Positions 38,882 to 51,367 of a DNA stretch of 64,000 nt are shown one piece after another. The DNA is from Geosiphon pyriformis uo1 (lineage: Eukaryota; Fungi; Glomeromycota), in NCBI GenBank assembly GCA_016748015.1, contig JAAOMT010000083.1, positions 31,007 to 95,006 of the forward strand. The letters run 5' to 3'. Within the stretch, counting starts at the first letter, position 1. Each line of letters starts with the position of its first letter. Made by a program: the position numbers and the translations under genes. The notes beneath the pieces were generated by a model. The model searched no databases, had not been told where the DNA came from, and saw only the letters and a program-made list of their open reading frames with translations.

Positions 38882-41800
38882 GTAACTTTGTGTGGAAATT
38901 TGCAACATGTAATGTTCGCAGTATAAATGTCTCTGCCAAGCAGAAAGACATTATCTGTTGGCATAGAGATTTTGGGAATTTGGTTTTGATAATTACAAAA
39001 ACAAAGCTGAAGTCTAGCAATAGGCCTTGGATTAGAGATAAGTTTAATAAAGTTAGAGTTTTTTTATCTAGGTTGGACAAGAAGTTTTTTGGTGCTGGTG
39101 TTGTGATTATTATGAACACTTCTCTGGCTTGTTATGTGTATAAGATTTCTGAGGTGCCTGGTCAGCTTCTTTCAATCAAGTTGCTATTCAAGAATAAGCT
39201 TTCTGTGTTGATTTTAGAGCTTTATGCTAGGGCATTCCTGGCTGTTTATTTTACTTAGGCTAATAATATCAATTCTATGATTGCAAGGGCAGTCAATGAA
39301 TTATTGTTTGTTGTTTTGGGTGGCAATTTCAATAAAGATGGCTTCCGAAAGTGTATTAGTTTCAAAAGCTGTCTGGATCTTGGTTTGATCAATTTCCTGG
39401 ATGGGTGTTCTGATGTCATAATGCTCATAAAGGCTAACTCTCAAGGCATGACTAAGACTATTGATTTTTTGTTTGTTTCTTTAAACTTGGTCAATGCTGT
39501 AGTGGATTGCAGGGTGTTTAATGTTGGAGAATTTTTTGATATTAATCATCAAGCTGTTTTTGTGTCTGTAGGTTTAGGTGGGCTTTTGGACATGTGGTTA
39601 AACTCTTTTCATAAACAAGCAAATAGGGATCATTGGAAGTTTAATTTCAAGGATGCTGATAAAAATAAATGGAACAATTTTATGAGTGCTACATCAGCCA
39701 ATGCTGCAATGTTTTTGAATGAGTTTGCCATCTCCATAAAATTTCAGATTTGAATGCAATGTAGAATATCATTTGCAAAGTAATGATTCTTTCGGCTAAT
39801 GAGATGTTTAGGAAGAAATAGTTTAAGAGCTCTGATGATGTTTTCACCAAAGAATCTTCAAAGTTTCACAAGTTAGAGCTCTTGGTTTCTAGGATCATCA
39901 AGGCATCACATGAAGAGAGTTTTGTGAATTTTGATTCTTTTATAAGATGTTGGGTTTCTTTGGACAATGTTAAAGCTTTATTTGTTTAGAATGTTGTAGA
40001 CTCTGGTGCTGGCTCTTAACATATCTGTTCTGCTCTTTTTGGTGTTAGAAAGTCTTATTGCACTGCTAAGCTTGTTGAATCTCTAAGGGCTAAAGAGGCT
40101 AACATTAGATTGGCTATTAATAAAAGAATAAAAAGCTTCAAGATTAATAAAAGTCATATAATCAAAAGCATGCTAGAGTGTCTCTTTTACAAATTGTCAC
40201 TCGACCATCTGGTGGTTAATAATAAACTAATTCTGAAACCTGATTTGATTAAGTTTAAGGTAGATGTGATCATAGAGGGTTAGACTAGAAAGCATGAAGT
40301 GGTGAATAATATCTCTAGTAACTGGTACTGCCAATATCAATTATTAGAGTATGTTTTTGATGAGAATTTTTCTGGTGTTATAAGTTCGATTGGATTTAAT
40401 AAGTTGGTTAAAATAGTTTCTGATCTGCTTGATGGCAAAGCTGCTGGTTTCTCAGGTGTGTCGAATAAGCTTTGGAAACATTGTGATAAGTCAGTCTTAG
40501 ATATGCTTTTGGTGTTTTTGAATTCCTGTTTGTTTAGTAAATTTGTGTCCAGCTCTTGGAAGGAGGCTTGGATCTCAACAATTCTCAAACCATATAAGTG
40601 GGAGGGTGTTTTGACAAATACTTATTCTATTGCTTTAATTAAGACAGCTTACAAGATTCTTTCCAAGATTTTCTCTGACAGAATTTCTTTGGCATACAGC
40701 AAATTTGATGTTCTTTATGGGGACAATTTTTTGGTTTTGAAGAGTATGTCAATTTAGTCTCTTATTTTTGCTATTGATTTGGTTATTGAAGATGCTTTGG
40801 AAAAGAACTGAGAGCTTTGACTGGTTTTGCAAAACATGTGTAAGGCATACAATTTAGTTGGCTGTGAACATCTTAAGAAGGGTTTGGTTAGAATCAAAAT
40901 GTGCAGCAAGTTCATTTAATTTTTTAGTAGTATTCATAAGGATTGCACCAACAGAGTAATGACAGATTTTGGTCTAACAGATAGTTATTGTGTGCATAAT
41001 AGTTTGGATCAAGGAGAGATGTTTTTTTCTCTTCTGTGGTGCATATTTTATGACCCTTTATTGTGTGAAGTCAAGCATTAGAAGAGTGTGTGTGAGTATA
41101 GGTTGAATTCTCATTTCATTTTCAAAAGTGGTCATGCTGAGTCTTAGGCTAGACTTTTTTCGTTTTTTGCTGCTAGTGCTTTCATCAATAATACAATTTG
41201 GGTTGGTAGCAGTCAGAGGGCTACTCAACACATTCTTGATATTGCTAGTGAGTTTTTCTGGATCAATGACATTTCTATTAATAATGATAAAACAGTGGCC
41301 ATTCCTATCAACAGCAAGATCAGCAATTCTTCTCTTTTTATTAGTGGTTTGTCCATCTCTATCACCAAAAAAGGAGAGTCTTATCAGTATTTGGGTATTT
41401 TTCTTTTGACTGAGGGTCTTTCAAAGCCTAGTTTGGCCAAAGCACATTTGAATGTTTGTTTTTTTACCAATCTGGTCCTAAGGAAAGCTGTATCAGATAA
41501 GCAGTTTTTGTATTTGGTGTTAGCAGTTTTTTATCCTATTGTCAGTTATAGAACTCAGTTTAGCTTTGTTTCTGTTGATATGTGCAATAAATGAAATGCT
41601 CTAATTCATAGAGGCTTAAAGATTAAGTCTGGTCTGCCTTTTAACTTTCTTAGTAATATGATACACCATCCCTTATTTTATGGTCTAAAATCATTCTTGC
41701 AAATTCAATCTGAGAGTAAGATTGCTTCACTTGTTAGCTTTGTGAACTTTGGTGGGGTTTTAGGTCACTTGTTCTCTCACTAGTCACATGACTTGCAAGT

Positions 41801-43564
41801 TTAGTGTTGGTGTTCTGTTTATCTATTGGTCTCTCCTGTTTGTACTCATATTGGTATCTCTAATAATTTTCTAGTGGACATGGTTTGTATCTTTCTTGAT
41901 TGTAATTTATCTCTAAGTGGCCCATTGGCCAATTTTTTTTAGTTTTATGGTGAGATGCCTATATCAATTGTTCTGGGTAAGTCAAAGTTTGTCAAGTTTT
42001 TTCTTTCTCTCCAATGGTATAATATAGCTTTTGTGGATCAACTTCATAATCATCATGGTGCTGTTTTTAATTGGTACATCTTTAAGTGGTGGAAAAAATT
42101 GGACTCCCATGGCTCTGTTCCAAAGTGGTTCAAGCTGTCTGCTGTATTTCTCAATAATATAACTTTGTCTTCGACTCAACTCTTGGCTGTGTTTGGTAAT
42201 AGCTCTTTGGACATTTTTGGTCTAATGACTTTGTGTCTATTTGTGATCATCTTTTGCAGATTGATACTGGTGTTTTGTCTGTATATGTGGATGAATCTTT
42301 GAAGAATCTGGACACAGCTAGCTGTAAAGCTGGTACTGCCACTTTTTTTGAGAACATTAGTTTGGGTTTGGGAGTTGGTATATCTGGTTTGATGTCTTTT
42401 ATTCTGGCTGAATTGCATGCTATTGTACTAGCTCTGGAATGTGTTCCCTTATCTAATTCTGTTTGTCTGTTTTCAGATAATCAATCTGCTTTAGATGTTT
42501 GCAAGTCAGAAATGGGTCTGGTGTGTTCTGACTTTCATAATCAGTGTTGGGTTGAGTGTAGACATATTGTTAATATTATCTGTGATAAGAATTTGAGGGT
42601 TAGTTGACATAAGGTGAAAGGCCATTCTGGTTTTTTGGGGAATAAGTGCATTGACAGGATCACTGGTACTGCTTCTCTTTCAGGTTGGCATTTTTTTTCC
42701 TGCTTGGATGAACATTTTATTGTGACTGATAATAGTATAGTCTTTGGCAATTCTAGGTGCTTTATTTATGATATCTATCATTCTATTTGTTGTGCACGTT
42801 GGGAAGTTGGTTCTGGTTCAAGATTTTTGGAGAGTGGTTTACTTTTTAATATTGACTGAGTCCACTCTTTGTTGATGTGGCATTCTAATTTGCACATGGC
42901 CACTGGCTTTACCAGCCAATCATCAGCGAGTGCACACATGTATTTAATAAAGACTTTACATCATTGCTTGTCTGTTGTCATTTAGAAGCATCTTTATAGT
43001 AGATTTTATCTCAGTGTGTTGTGCTTATATTGTAATGATGTGGAAGTGTCAGATCATGTGTTCTTCTGTAGGATTGACAAGCCTGTTCGCCATCAGTTAT
43101 TGGACTTCCATGTGGATTTTTGGAAGACACTTTCTGGTTTCACCCATTCTTCTTCGTGTGTGTTACAACTGATATCATCCTGTACTTCTGGTTCTTTTGT
43201 GTCTATGGCTTTTTTCAAGGGTTTTGTTTTTGATAGTTGGTTTGGTGAAGCCATTTCTGTCTTTCACAATTCTAAGGTTGCTAGTGTGGAGGTTGTTAAA
43301 TTTGTGCACTCTCTCAGTATGGCTTTTAGAGATAATATATGGCTGGTTTATATTAGGCACTACACTTATATAGAAAAAAATGGTTTAATTCCCTTTGATG
43401 GTTCAGTGCCTGTCTTAGTTTCTGGTTTGGCTTTGAGGTTTTCTGCTGATGTATTAAAACTGCTTGGCATTGTTAATGCTTTTGGTATACGTTTTGGTTT
43501 TCACAAATCTTATTCATTCTTTTCAGATATTAGTGGCTCAGTGTTCATTTATATTGCTGCGTAG
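38878..43564 (+). pseudogene. LINE A ORF2 (AP endonuclease, reverse transcriptase, RNase H, C-terminal Cys motif)
   Basis: APE: WKFATCNVRSIN, GGNFN, IDFLFVS. RT: GKAAG.SG, PIALI-like, AFINNTIW. RNase H: VYVDES, AELHAI, FSDNQSA, KGHSG..GN. C-terminal CLYCNDVEVSDHVFFC. Multiple stops. Confidence 0.9.
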
Positions 43565-44726
43565 TGTTGTCTTGATCGGTTCAAGTGACTGGTCACATGT
43601 AAAAAATACATGATTCACACCTAATTTAGATTATTTCTTTGATGTACAGTGCTAGGTTATGTTTGGATCTTATTCGTTAAATAAATAATTACATATTTAT
43701 ATAAAAGTCAGTGTTATTATCTAAAAATTGTATATTAAAATATTAATATTCTAAAACTTTTTATATATTTTATTAATATTATCTTAACAATACTTTCATG
43801 TTTTATCTATATTTTATTTTGTTATAATATTTTAGTAATTAAATTAAAAGAAAAAATAATAATATTATCTTTACTAAATCTAATATTTCTTATAATATTT
43901 TTGAAATACTTCTTAAATAAAAGTTTTTATTTGTTTTAAAGTATTTTAGCCAATATAAATTTATATATTTGATTTTTTTGTACAAATATATTTATAATAA
44001 TGAGATTTTTCTTAATAAATATAGAGTACTTACTATTTTAAAATTATTTATTATTACTAATAAACTTATTCTAAAAAACTTTATTAATCTTTTTAAAGAT
44101 TATTAAATTAAATATTATATAAAAAGCTAAAAAAAAATTTTGTTACTTTACAAAAAACTTTATTTATGCATAATTTTTTCAAAAAATTACAAAATTTCTG
44201 TACTAAAATAGCTACTAATAATTTAGCTATAGATTTCAACTTGCAAAACTTTATTTTTCTTAATAAAATACATTTTTTTAATTTTAATTTAAGATAATTT
44301 AAGTATAAAAGAATTTAAAATATAGAAAAAAATTGTAAAATAGAAAATTGCTAAATTAGATAATAATATTTAAATAAAAAACATTTTTTACTGAGCAAAT
44401 AAAAACTTTAATGCTTTTAAAAAATTTATTAAAAAACTTTTATTTTTAATTCATATTTTTAACATATTTTTAGTTAACTTCTATTATAAAATAAAACTCT
44501 ATATAAAAATCTTTTATATTATTATCTTGTATTAGATAATTATCAAAAATTTGTTGCTTAGTTATTATGTTATTTTTAATTAAATATTAATTCAAGTTTT
44601 TTTAATTGCATAATACAATTTACTTCTTTTTTTCCTTCATCCCAAATTCCTAAAAAAGAGTTACAAGTTTTTTGAAAGAAGTTTTTACAATTCAGTACAA
44701 TAAATTAAAACTATTTCTGCTCAATT

Positions 44727-46556
44727 ATGAGCCCGTTGTTGGTTCTAGTGTGGCTGCAATGAAAAAATCTGTCAAGGACTTTAGTGTGGATACTGTTAGC
44801 AAAGATGTTGCCTCTAGAAAGAAAAGAAAAGGAGATGTTCTGAAAGACAGTATTGTTCATGAAATGGTTTTACCTGATAAACCAGTTGGTGGTTCTTGGG
44901 GGTTTGAAGCTGGTAACACCACCAAATCAGACAGTGTAGATATGGAGGAGGAGTTTTTGGTTGAAAAAACTAGTATAAATTATGGAGAGAGAGATGTTCT
45001 TAAAGGGATAGACAGTAACCAAATGCCAAAGGGTCTGAGATTAGTTACCAAGCAGGCTTTGGATAAGCCTTTGGGCAAGATTAACTTTCTGGGTGACAAT
45101 GATAATGATGACGTTTTCCTAGATAAATCTGTAGTGCTTTCTCCCCTCTCAAAAAGCTGATCAATGTGTCTGCTAGGAAGTCTTTTGCTTTGGATATTGA
45201 TCTGATCAATGTTTCTGGAAGATCTGCTCAGGACAAGTTGGCTATGGTTAGGAAATTATTTTCAAAAATCAATGGTTTTGGGGGGCCTCTATCCTCTCAA
45301 AATTTTCTGGGATCATCTGAACAATGTTCACTTCCAAATCAAGTTTGATGAAAGCTACCAAGTTGGCTACTGATGCAAAGATTGTGGTAAACACTGATCT
45401 CAAAAAATTGTTTAAACATTCAGATCGGGCTGTGGTGTTAAAAGAGATTCCAATTGGGACATCAACTGAGGCTGTGCATACTGCACTATCTGAGTTTGGT
45501 TTGATTAAGTTGATCAAGATGCAATTGGTGGGGCTGTAACAAAAAGCTGTGGTTGAATTTGAACAGGTTGATCATGCTGATTTGGTTGCAGCAAAATAGT
45601 CTATTCTAGTTGGGAAAGATGCAGTGCATGTTGCCAGATCAGATTTGGACAAAGAAACTTGGGATGCGAGAGACTGTTATAGGGCTTTGCTCTATACTTT
45701 ACCAATGGGCACAAATGCTCATGACATTTGGGACTTTGTCTGCTTTGTGAGTGAGAAAACATGTATAATTGATCATCACCCGGTTACCTATGTTTGGACC
45801 AGATGTGCTACTGTTTGTTTCGACTCGGCTGAGTTATTGAATGCCGTTATGGGAACCATGCCTGTGCTAAAAGGTGCTCATCTTCATTAGTCTTATCTTG
45901 GTTCTGCTGTATGTATAAAATGTGAAAAATTTGGTCATTTTTCTCTGGGCTGTGTTTTAGGTGGAAAATCTTCTTCTGGTGGCTTGCCACGCTGGGTTTT
46001 TTCAGTTACAGATAAAAGCAGACCAGCAGCCATTTACGCCAAGCATTTAGCACCCATTGCTCATCTTGTCTCTTTTGGCAGTGTTTCATGGGCCAAAATT
46101 GTTGGTGGGTCCTCTTTTCTTTCTCTCCTTGTTCAGAATGTTTTATTGAATGATGGTTCTTCTTTGGAGATAAAGTCTACTCTTTTTGTTGTGAGTGATT
46201 TAGAAAAATGATTTGCTGTTTTGGAAAGCAGTATCACCAACCTTGCAGGATGAATAGGTGAGTTGGCTAAGAAGTTGGACTCATTTATGCTGGCAGTTTT
46301 CCAGCCTAGCTCTGGATATCAGCTGTCAGTAACCTCCCCATCACAGGATCAGATAAGTGATGTAGTGATAGGAGAGGGCTCAGGTGAGGCCACTGGTAGT
46401 GATATTGCTGCAATATTAGTTTTTTTTGCATTGTCTGAGGTGAAAAGACTAGAGAGTATGTTGAAAGAACTTTCTGCTTCAGTTCTGAGTCTAATGGCAA
46501 GATTCAATGGTTCAATCCTGGCTAGTGGTGCACTTCCTATATCTTTTTTTCAATGA
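44727..46556 (+). pseudogene. LINE B ORF1 (RRM-like domains and CCHC knuckle)
   Basis: Fragments 44672-45160, 45166-45348, 45324-45539, 45624-45890, 45984-46211 and 46263-46556. Knuckle CIKCEKFGHFSLGC. Homologous to LINE A ORF1. Confidence 0.8.
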
Positions 46557-49500
46557 CAGATTTAATGTGGAGGATTACGATGTGTAATGTTTGGGGCATG
46601 AACAATTTTGCAAAACAAAATAATATTATTCGGTGACATTCGGAAATGGGCAGTTTGATTTCAATTGTTACTGAAACTAAGTTGAAAGGCAGAATCCATT
46701 CTTGGATCATGAACAAATTTAAGAGTGTTTGAATTTTCACTTCAGATTTGGTTAATGATCATTTGGATGCTGGTGTGGCAATTATTATGAACAATTCTTT
46801 GGCTCAGCATGAGAGTAAGGTCTCAGAGGTTCCTGGCTGACTCTTCTCTATTAGGTTGCTCTTCAAAAATAACCTTTCAGTGTCGATTTTGGGGCTTTAT
46901 GCTGGTGCTTTCTTATTGGTTTAGTTTTCTCAGGCTGGTGACATCAACTCTATGATAGCTAAAGCTGTAAACAAAACTTCTTTTGTCATTTTTGGTGGTG
47001 ATTTCAATGAGGACGGATCTCATAGGTGTGCCAGTTTTAGAAAATGCTTTGATTTAGGTTTGGTCAACTCTTTGGGTAGGAGCTTTTTAGTTAGGTTACT
47101 GACTTGGTGCAATTCTCATGGTGTTACTAAGACGATTGATTACATGTTTGTTTCCTCTAATTTGGTTAATGCTATTGTGGATCGAGGTGTGATGGATGTT
47201 ATTGATTTTTTTGATACTAATCATAAGACTGTTTCTGTTTTTGTGGGTCTAGGTAATTTGTTGAATGTGCAGCTTTCCTTTCTGTGCAAGCAGGCTAACA
47301 AAGATCATTGGAAGTTTGATGTCAAGAATATTAATGCTGCGAAATGGTTGGAGTTCAAAGATGCTTCAGCTGTTAATGCTTCTATGTTCTTGGATGCATT
47401 TGTTATGGCTAAGAGGTTTTCAGATATAGATATAATGTGGGACATTGTTTGCAAAATTGTGGTTATTTCAGCTGGTGGGACATTCAAAAAAAAATGGTTT
47501 AAGAATTTTGATAGTGTTTTTAATAAGGTGTTTTCTAAATTGCACAAGCTGGAGCTGCTTGTTTCTAAGCTGGTAAAGTCTTCTCACTTGGTCTTTGGTA
47601 GAGATTTTGCTTTGCTGTTGGATACATGAGACAGGCTTGACTCAGTTGGTGTCTTGTCTGTAAAATCTCTTTTCCTTTTGGGTTCTAGTTTTGATACCAT
47701 TTGCTCTGAGCTGGCTAAGGCAAGGAAGTCTTACTGCTCTTTTAAGTTGCTAGAATCTAAGTGTGCTGGAGAAGCTCATATCAGGTGGGCCATTAAGGGT
47801 AGGATGGAGAGTTTTGAAATAGACAAGAGGCATACTATTAAGAGTGTTTTGGAACGTTTTTTTTGTAAAATGGTACTGGATTATTTGGTTGTGGGTAATG
47901 AGTTGGTCTTGGAGCCTAAATTGGTTAAATTTAAGATTGACGAAATTATGAAAGGCTGGACTAGGAAGCGCATAGTAGTGTCAGATATCTCTGATGACTG
48001 GGTGTGCCAATTCCAACCATTGGATTACGTTTTTAATGGTGCATTCTCTGATGTGATGTGTTCAATTGGCTTTGATGAAATGTTTGATGTTGTTTTGAGT
48101 TTGTCTCTGGAATCTCCAATGAACTGTAGAAACATTGTGACAGAAGGGTACTGAATATGTTTTTGGTGCTTTTGAATTCTTGTTTGGAATGGAAGTCTGT
48201 GCCTGAACTCTGGAGGGAGGCTTGGGTCTCTATGATTCCTAAACTGTATGAATGGAAAGGTGTTCTTACAAACATCTGCCCTATTGCCTTGATTGAAACA
48301 GCCCGCAAGATTTTTTCCAAGATTCTTTCAGACAGGATCTCTTTGGCTTGCAGCAAGTTTAATGTTCTCCGTAGGGACAATTTTTCTGTTTTGAAGAGCA
48401 TGATGACACAGTTGCCTATTTTTGCCATTGGATCTGTGGTGGAGGATGTCTTGAAGAAGAACTGGAAGCTGTGGCTGGTATTATAAGATATGCACAAGAC
48501 TTATGATTCTGTTGGTTGGAAGCATCTTGAGAGGAGCCTGGTCAGGATCAAAATGTGTAACCGGTTTATTAGGTTTTTTGGCAGCATCTACAATGGTCGC
48601 ACTAACAAAGTAATGACAAACTTTGGCTTAACTAATGGCTACCATGTTCATGATGGCTTGGATCAGAGTGAAGTTTTTTCACTGCTTCTTTGGCAGATAT
48701 TTTATGATTTGCTCTTGTGCAAGATTAAAAGACAGAAAAGCTTATGTGGTTACAGACTGATTTCTCATTTTATTTCCAAAACTGGTCATGTGGAATCTCA
48801 GGCTGGATTGACATCATTTTTGGCTGCTAGTGTTTTCATTGATGACACAATTTGGGTTGGCAGCAGCCAGGCTGTGACGCAATATATTCTCAATGTTGCT
48901 AGTGAATTTTTTAGGTTCAATGACATTTCTATTAATAATGACAAAACTGTTGTTATTCTTATTAACTGTTAGATTGCAAACCCTTATCTGATCATCAGTG
49001 GCTTGCCTATTTTTATTGTGAAAAAGGGAGAATCTCATTGGTACTTAAGAATTTTTTTGTCTTCTGAGGGCCTTTCAAAGCCTAATTTGGCTAAGGCTTA
49101 CTCGGACGTTCGGTTCTTTATTAATCTTGTTTTGAGAAAAGCGATTTCGGATAAACAGTTTGCATACTTGGTTTCCATAGTTTTTTTTTCTATCATCAGC
49201 TACAGGACTCAATTCAGCTTTGTTTCTATTAGTGTGTGTACCAAATGAGACTCTATGATTCGTAAATGCTTGAATTCTAAGTTTGGGCTTCCACTTGATT
49301 TTCCCAATGACGCAGTTTATCATTCTTCTTTGTACAGTTTGAAGACTTTTGAGCAGATTCAAGCTGAAAGTAAATCGGCATCTATTATAGCTTTTGCTAA
49401 TTCAGTTGGTACTTTGGGCCATTTGTTCTCTCACAGGTCTTATGATCTTTAGGCTTTCAGCTGGCATCTTCGTCACTCTTTGCTATTTCCGGCTTACATT

Positions 49501-51222
49501 AATGTTAATTCTTCGAATAACTTTTTGGCTGGTGTGGTTTGTATTTTTTCTGGGTGTGATTTGTTTTTGAATGTCTCTTTTGCTAGTGCCTTTCACCTTC
49601 GTGGTAGTATTTTTATGTCTCTTGTCCTTGGTGAAAATTTTTTTTTCAAATGTGTTTCATTGTTCAAGCGTTATGGTATTGCTTTTGTGGATCAACTTCA
49701 CGACTGGAATGGTGTTATTTATAATTGGAAGTTCTTCAAGTACTGGAAAAGGCTAGACTCCTGTGGCCTGGTTCCCTTCTGGTTTGATTTCTCTGTTCGG
49801 TTTCTCAATGATGCTGCTCCTTCATCTGCTTGTTTTTCTTCTGTAAATGGTCGTGCTTCTTCTGATATTTGTTTGTCTCATGATTTTGGTGTTGTTTGTG
49901 ATGATCTGTTGGCCACTAATGTTGCTGCTCATCTTTCTGTGTATACGGATGGATCTCTGAGTGGTTTGGGTACTGTTGATATGAAGGCTGGTGTTGCTGT
50001 GTTCTTTGAAAACATTAATTTAGGTTTGAGAGTGGAAGTGTCTGGCTTGGTATCTTCTATGCTGACAAAGTTGCAGGCCTTTGCTCTGGCTCTTAAATGT
50101 GTTCCTTCTTTTCATTCAGTTGACTTGTTCTCAGACAGCCAAGCTGCTTTGGATGCATGCAAAGCTGAATTCTTGTTGGCTCGTCTGGACTTCAGAAATC
50201 AGTGTTAGATCAAACAATGCCATATTGCTAACATTGTTCATAAGAAAAATTTAGATGTAAATTGGGTCAAGATTAAGAGTCACTCAGGTGTCTTGGCCAA
50301 TGAATGGGCTGATGTGTTTGCTAGGATAGCTGCTTTTTTCTCTTGACAGCTACCCCATGTGGTCAATGAACATTTTTTGAGGGCTGATGGCTCTGCAGTT
50401 TCTGGTAAATCAAGACATTTTGTTCATGACATTTTCCATTCAGTTCACCGTGCACATTAAGAGATTGGTTCTGGTTCAAGGGTCATGGTTGATAGGCTGT
50501 GTGCTGATATTGACTGGTCCAAATCTTCTTTGGTGTGGCATCTGGACTTTCACTTAGCTACTGGTTTTACTAGTGCTCGGATTGTTGGTTTTCAGATGTA
50601 TTTTATAAAGACTTTGCACCATCGCTTTCCAGTGGCTGTGCGTAAGCATGTTTATAATAGGTGTTACCCCAGTGTTATGTGTTTGTTCTGTGGAGATGTT
50701 GAGGTCTCAGACCATGTTTTTTTCTGCCCATTAGATGCTGCTGGTTGTGCTCACCTGGTGGATGTTCATGCTTCTATTTGAAAATTATGCTCAGGTTTAT
50801 TTCAGTCTTTCTCTTGTGTTTTACAGTTGCTGTCTACTCACTTCTCTGTTGTTGTTGTTGGTACAGCTCTGTGTAAGGGCTTTGTTTTTTGTGAATAGTA
50901 TTGTGAGTCTGTTTCCATCTTCAAGGATTCTAAGATTGCAGTCCAGAATATTGTGGCCTTTGTGCATAATTTCTGTCTTGCATTCCAAGATAATATCTGG
51001 CTAGTGTGAGTTAAACACCAAGCTTTTATAGAGAAGGGTGGATTAATTCCATGTGATGTTTCTGTTTCTGTAGCTGTATCTGGTTTTTTCTTTGTGCTTT
51101 CGGCTAGTGTTGTCAGGTTGTTAAGCATTGCTGATGCTTTTGGTGTTGGTTTTGGGTATCATAGATGTTGTTTATTTTTCTCGGATATTGGAGATGAGAC
51201 TTCTGTTCATATAGGGGTGTAG
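46553..51222 (+). pseudogene. LINE B ORF2 (APE-RT-RNase H-Cys motif)
   Basis: GGDFNE, IDYMFVS, DTNH, NICPIALIETARKIFSKIL, DMHKTYDSV, GLDQSEVFS, VFIDDTIW, VYTDGS, FSDSQAA, KSHSG, CLFCGDVEVSDHVFFC. Confidence 0.92.
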
Positions 51223-51367
51223 TGTTATTCTGATTGGCTTGAGTAGCTAGTCACATATAGAAAATGCATGATTCGTACCTAGTTTAGATTATATATTAAT
51301 GTATTGTATTAGTTTGCATTTGGACTTCACTCAATAAACATGATTAAAAAAAAATTGCATAATATAA

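Larger units (their letters stand above)
36772..43685 (+). mobile_element. Full-length LINE (non-LTR retrotransposon), copy A, inactivated
   Basis: 5' UTR, ORF1 and ORF2 (APE-RT-RNaseH-Cys motif), 3' tail ending TAAATAAA. Candidate 10-bp TSD TAATTACATA at 36762-36771 and 43686-43695. Confidence 0.9.
44619..51352 (+). mobile_element. Full-length LINE, copy B, inactivated
   Basis: Same organisation as copy A with a poly(A) end. 15-bp TSD AATTGCATAATA(C/T)AA at 44604-44618 and 51353-51367. Confidence 0.93.

Noticed and set aside
36921-51222. Alternative genetic code or readthrough suggested by TGA/TAG at Trp positions
   Set aside because: Stops of all three types occur at different sites in different copies alongside frameshifts, and host genes use TGG normally. 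Mutation explains this better.
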